Source of the DNA: the human T2T-CHM13v2.0 reference genome, Homo sapiens
Length of the DNA: 64,000 nt
Direction: 5' to 3' (one strand)
NCBI RefSeq assembly: GCF_009914755.1
Contig: NC_060947.1
Shown: one piece after another, positions 61,822 through 64,000 of the stretch
Numbering within the stretch: position 1 is the stretch's first letter
Layout: every line of letters starts with the position of its first letter
Made by a program: the position numbers and the translations under genes
The notes under the pieces: generated by a model
Database searches by the model: none
Seen by the model: the letters and a program-made list of their open reading frames with translations, nothing else
Told to the model about the DNA's origin: nothing

Positions 61822-63712
61822 TGATATCAGCAAGATAGCTGAATAGAAGTGCCTGGTGCTGTCCACACCCCCATAAGAAGACCCCAAACAACTACATTTG
61901 GACTACAGTGTCTGAAGAAGTGTGCCAGAGTACAGAAAGGGCATGGCTGAATCCCTGTGGAATACAGAAACCCACAATGGTACCATAGAGAGGCGAGCAA
62001 AATATCCTGTGTCTGCCACCCTGTATCCTCCACTGGAATCAGCTCAAAGCCAGGAGGAACTTCTTGTGGGAAAAAGGTAAGCAGTAGTCCCCACTACCAC
62101 TGCATATAACTTCATCCCTTGCTACAGGAGAATCTTACAGTCCTTACAAGCCCTGAACCCAGTTTGAGAATCTTAGATTTTATACAGTGGCATTGCTCCA
62201 GAGTAGGATCCCAGGTTGTGAATCACCCATTTCCCATGACCCAAGCTGCTGTGGAACAGCAACATCTTGAAACTGGACCCACTGCTAGAGTGTGTCCTCA
62301 CCTAAGGGTCAGTAACCACTGCATGCCTTCATCCCTGAGGCTCTGCCACCATTCTACCATGCTCACACAGGTGGCTGCAGTTCTGCTACTCCAGCTACCT
62401 GTAGCCTAGACCCAAAGAAACAGCCCTGACCCTTGAGCCTGAACCCATGTGGTACCCTACCTCTCAAGAAACAGGGAGTTCTGCACAGTGAGGAAGCCAA
62501 CCTTGCCTAAGGGACCTACCATGCATGCATACCCCTGGCCTAAGAACCATCTCAGTGGCCCCATATCTGGTGAGCCAGCCTCCAAACTAGCCAGCCAGCT
62601 GCACATGTGTACCCTTGGCCTGAGAACTAGCAGACCAGCCCACCCCTGCAAAGCCACAGCACTGCCACAACAAACTCCCACAGCCTAGGACACTGAAGCA
62701 CTCACAGGCATCACTGACATGGATTACAGATGAAGAACCTATAGACTATACTATTGTATCTTCCCAGAGCCATAGCCAAGATACAATATCCAACCAATAC
62801 ACTAGGAACTATCTATAGGAAAAAACTTTCCTTATGAAAGGTATTCCATAAAATTGGAAGAGGCAACTCTTCCACCAGATGTGCAGATATCAATGTAGGG
62901 ACACAAGAAATGTAAAAAACAGGAAACATGACACCTCAAAAGGAGCACAAAAATTCTCCAGTTAACAGGACAAAAATAAAATAAAGCTTATAAAATGCCT
63001 GAAAGGCAATTTAAAATAATGATCTTTAGGAAATTCAATGAGACACAAGAGAATATAGATAAACAATTCAATAAAATCAGGAAAACAATTCATGATTTGA
63101 ATGAGAAATTCAACAGAGATAGATATAATAAAAAAGAATAAAATAGAAATATTGGAGATGAAGAATACAGTCTATTAAAGAATACTATTGAGCCTCAGCA
63201 ACAGACTAGATAAAGTGGAAGAAAGAAATTCTAAATTTGAAGGCAAATCTTTTGAAATAACACAGTCAGAGGAAATAATAGAAATAAGAAAAAAGAATGA
63301 AGAAAGCCTATGGGACTTATAGGACACAATTGAGTGAACAAATAAAAATTTGCATTATTGGAGTTACAAAGAAGAGATAGAGAAAGGTACAGAAAACATT
63401 TAATATAAATAATTTGAAAACTTCACAAGACTTGGGAGAGACATGGTCATCCAGATCCAGGAAGCTCAAAGGTCCCCAAATAGATTAACCCAAAAAGGTC
63501 CTCTCCAAGGCACATAAAATCAAACTGTAAAAAGTCAAAGACAAAGAGAGAATTCTAAAAGCAGCAAGAGAAAAGCATCAAGTCACATATAAGGTAATCG
63601 CCATTAGATCCTCTGCATACTTCTTAGCAGAAACATTATAGGCCAGGAAAAAATGGGATGATATAATCAAAGTACTGAAAGAAAAAAGCCTGCTAGCCAA
63701 AAAACCATATAT
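61822..63712 (+). mobile_element. L1MA-type 5'UTR and decayed ORF1
   Basis: caagatagctgaatagaag start; ORF1 relic from ~62880 (acatgacacctcaaaagg, cagatccaggaagctcaaagg, gagaattctaaaagcagcaagagaaaag). Confidence 0.85.

Positions 63713-64000
<288 letters not shown>

Noticed and set aside
61492-61891. 131-aa and 129-aa low-complexity ORFs
   Set aside because: Translations of the polypyrimidine strand of a simple repeat.

Overview
Repeat-dense, AT-rich, CpG-depleted primate DNA that reads as intergenic or deep intronic. AluY, L1PA2 and a BC200 retrocopy point to human or great ape. I found no credible protein-coding gene, rRNA, tRNA, CpG island or CRISPR array. The longer supplied ORFs fall in Alu, L1, MaLR or simple repeats, and none encodes a recognisable intact host protein. 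Most of the window is nested transposon fossils: a ~12.3 kb composite L1 with intact target-site duplications (TSDs), one complete and one deleted THE1 provirus, several 5'-inverted L1s, Alus, MIR/L2 and MER DNA transposons. I did not find a new biological system. The best leads are retrotransposition oddities: a BC200 (BCYRN1) retrocopy, a tiny polyadenylated MER41-like LTR retrocopy, a young L1 joined in register to the older L1 it entered, an L1PA2 with a possible micro 3' transduction, and a hairpin at a THE1 deletion junction. There are also one well-formed 36-nt exon candidate and a few enhancer-like unique islands. Subfamily names come from my recall of consensus sequences, not from a database search. 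Boundaries are approximate unless a TSD is quoted.
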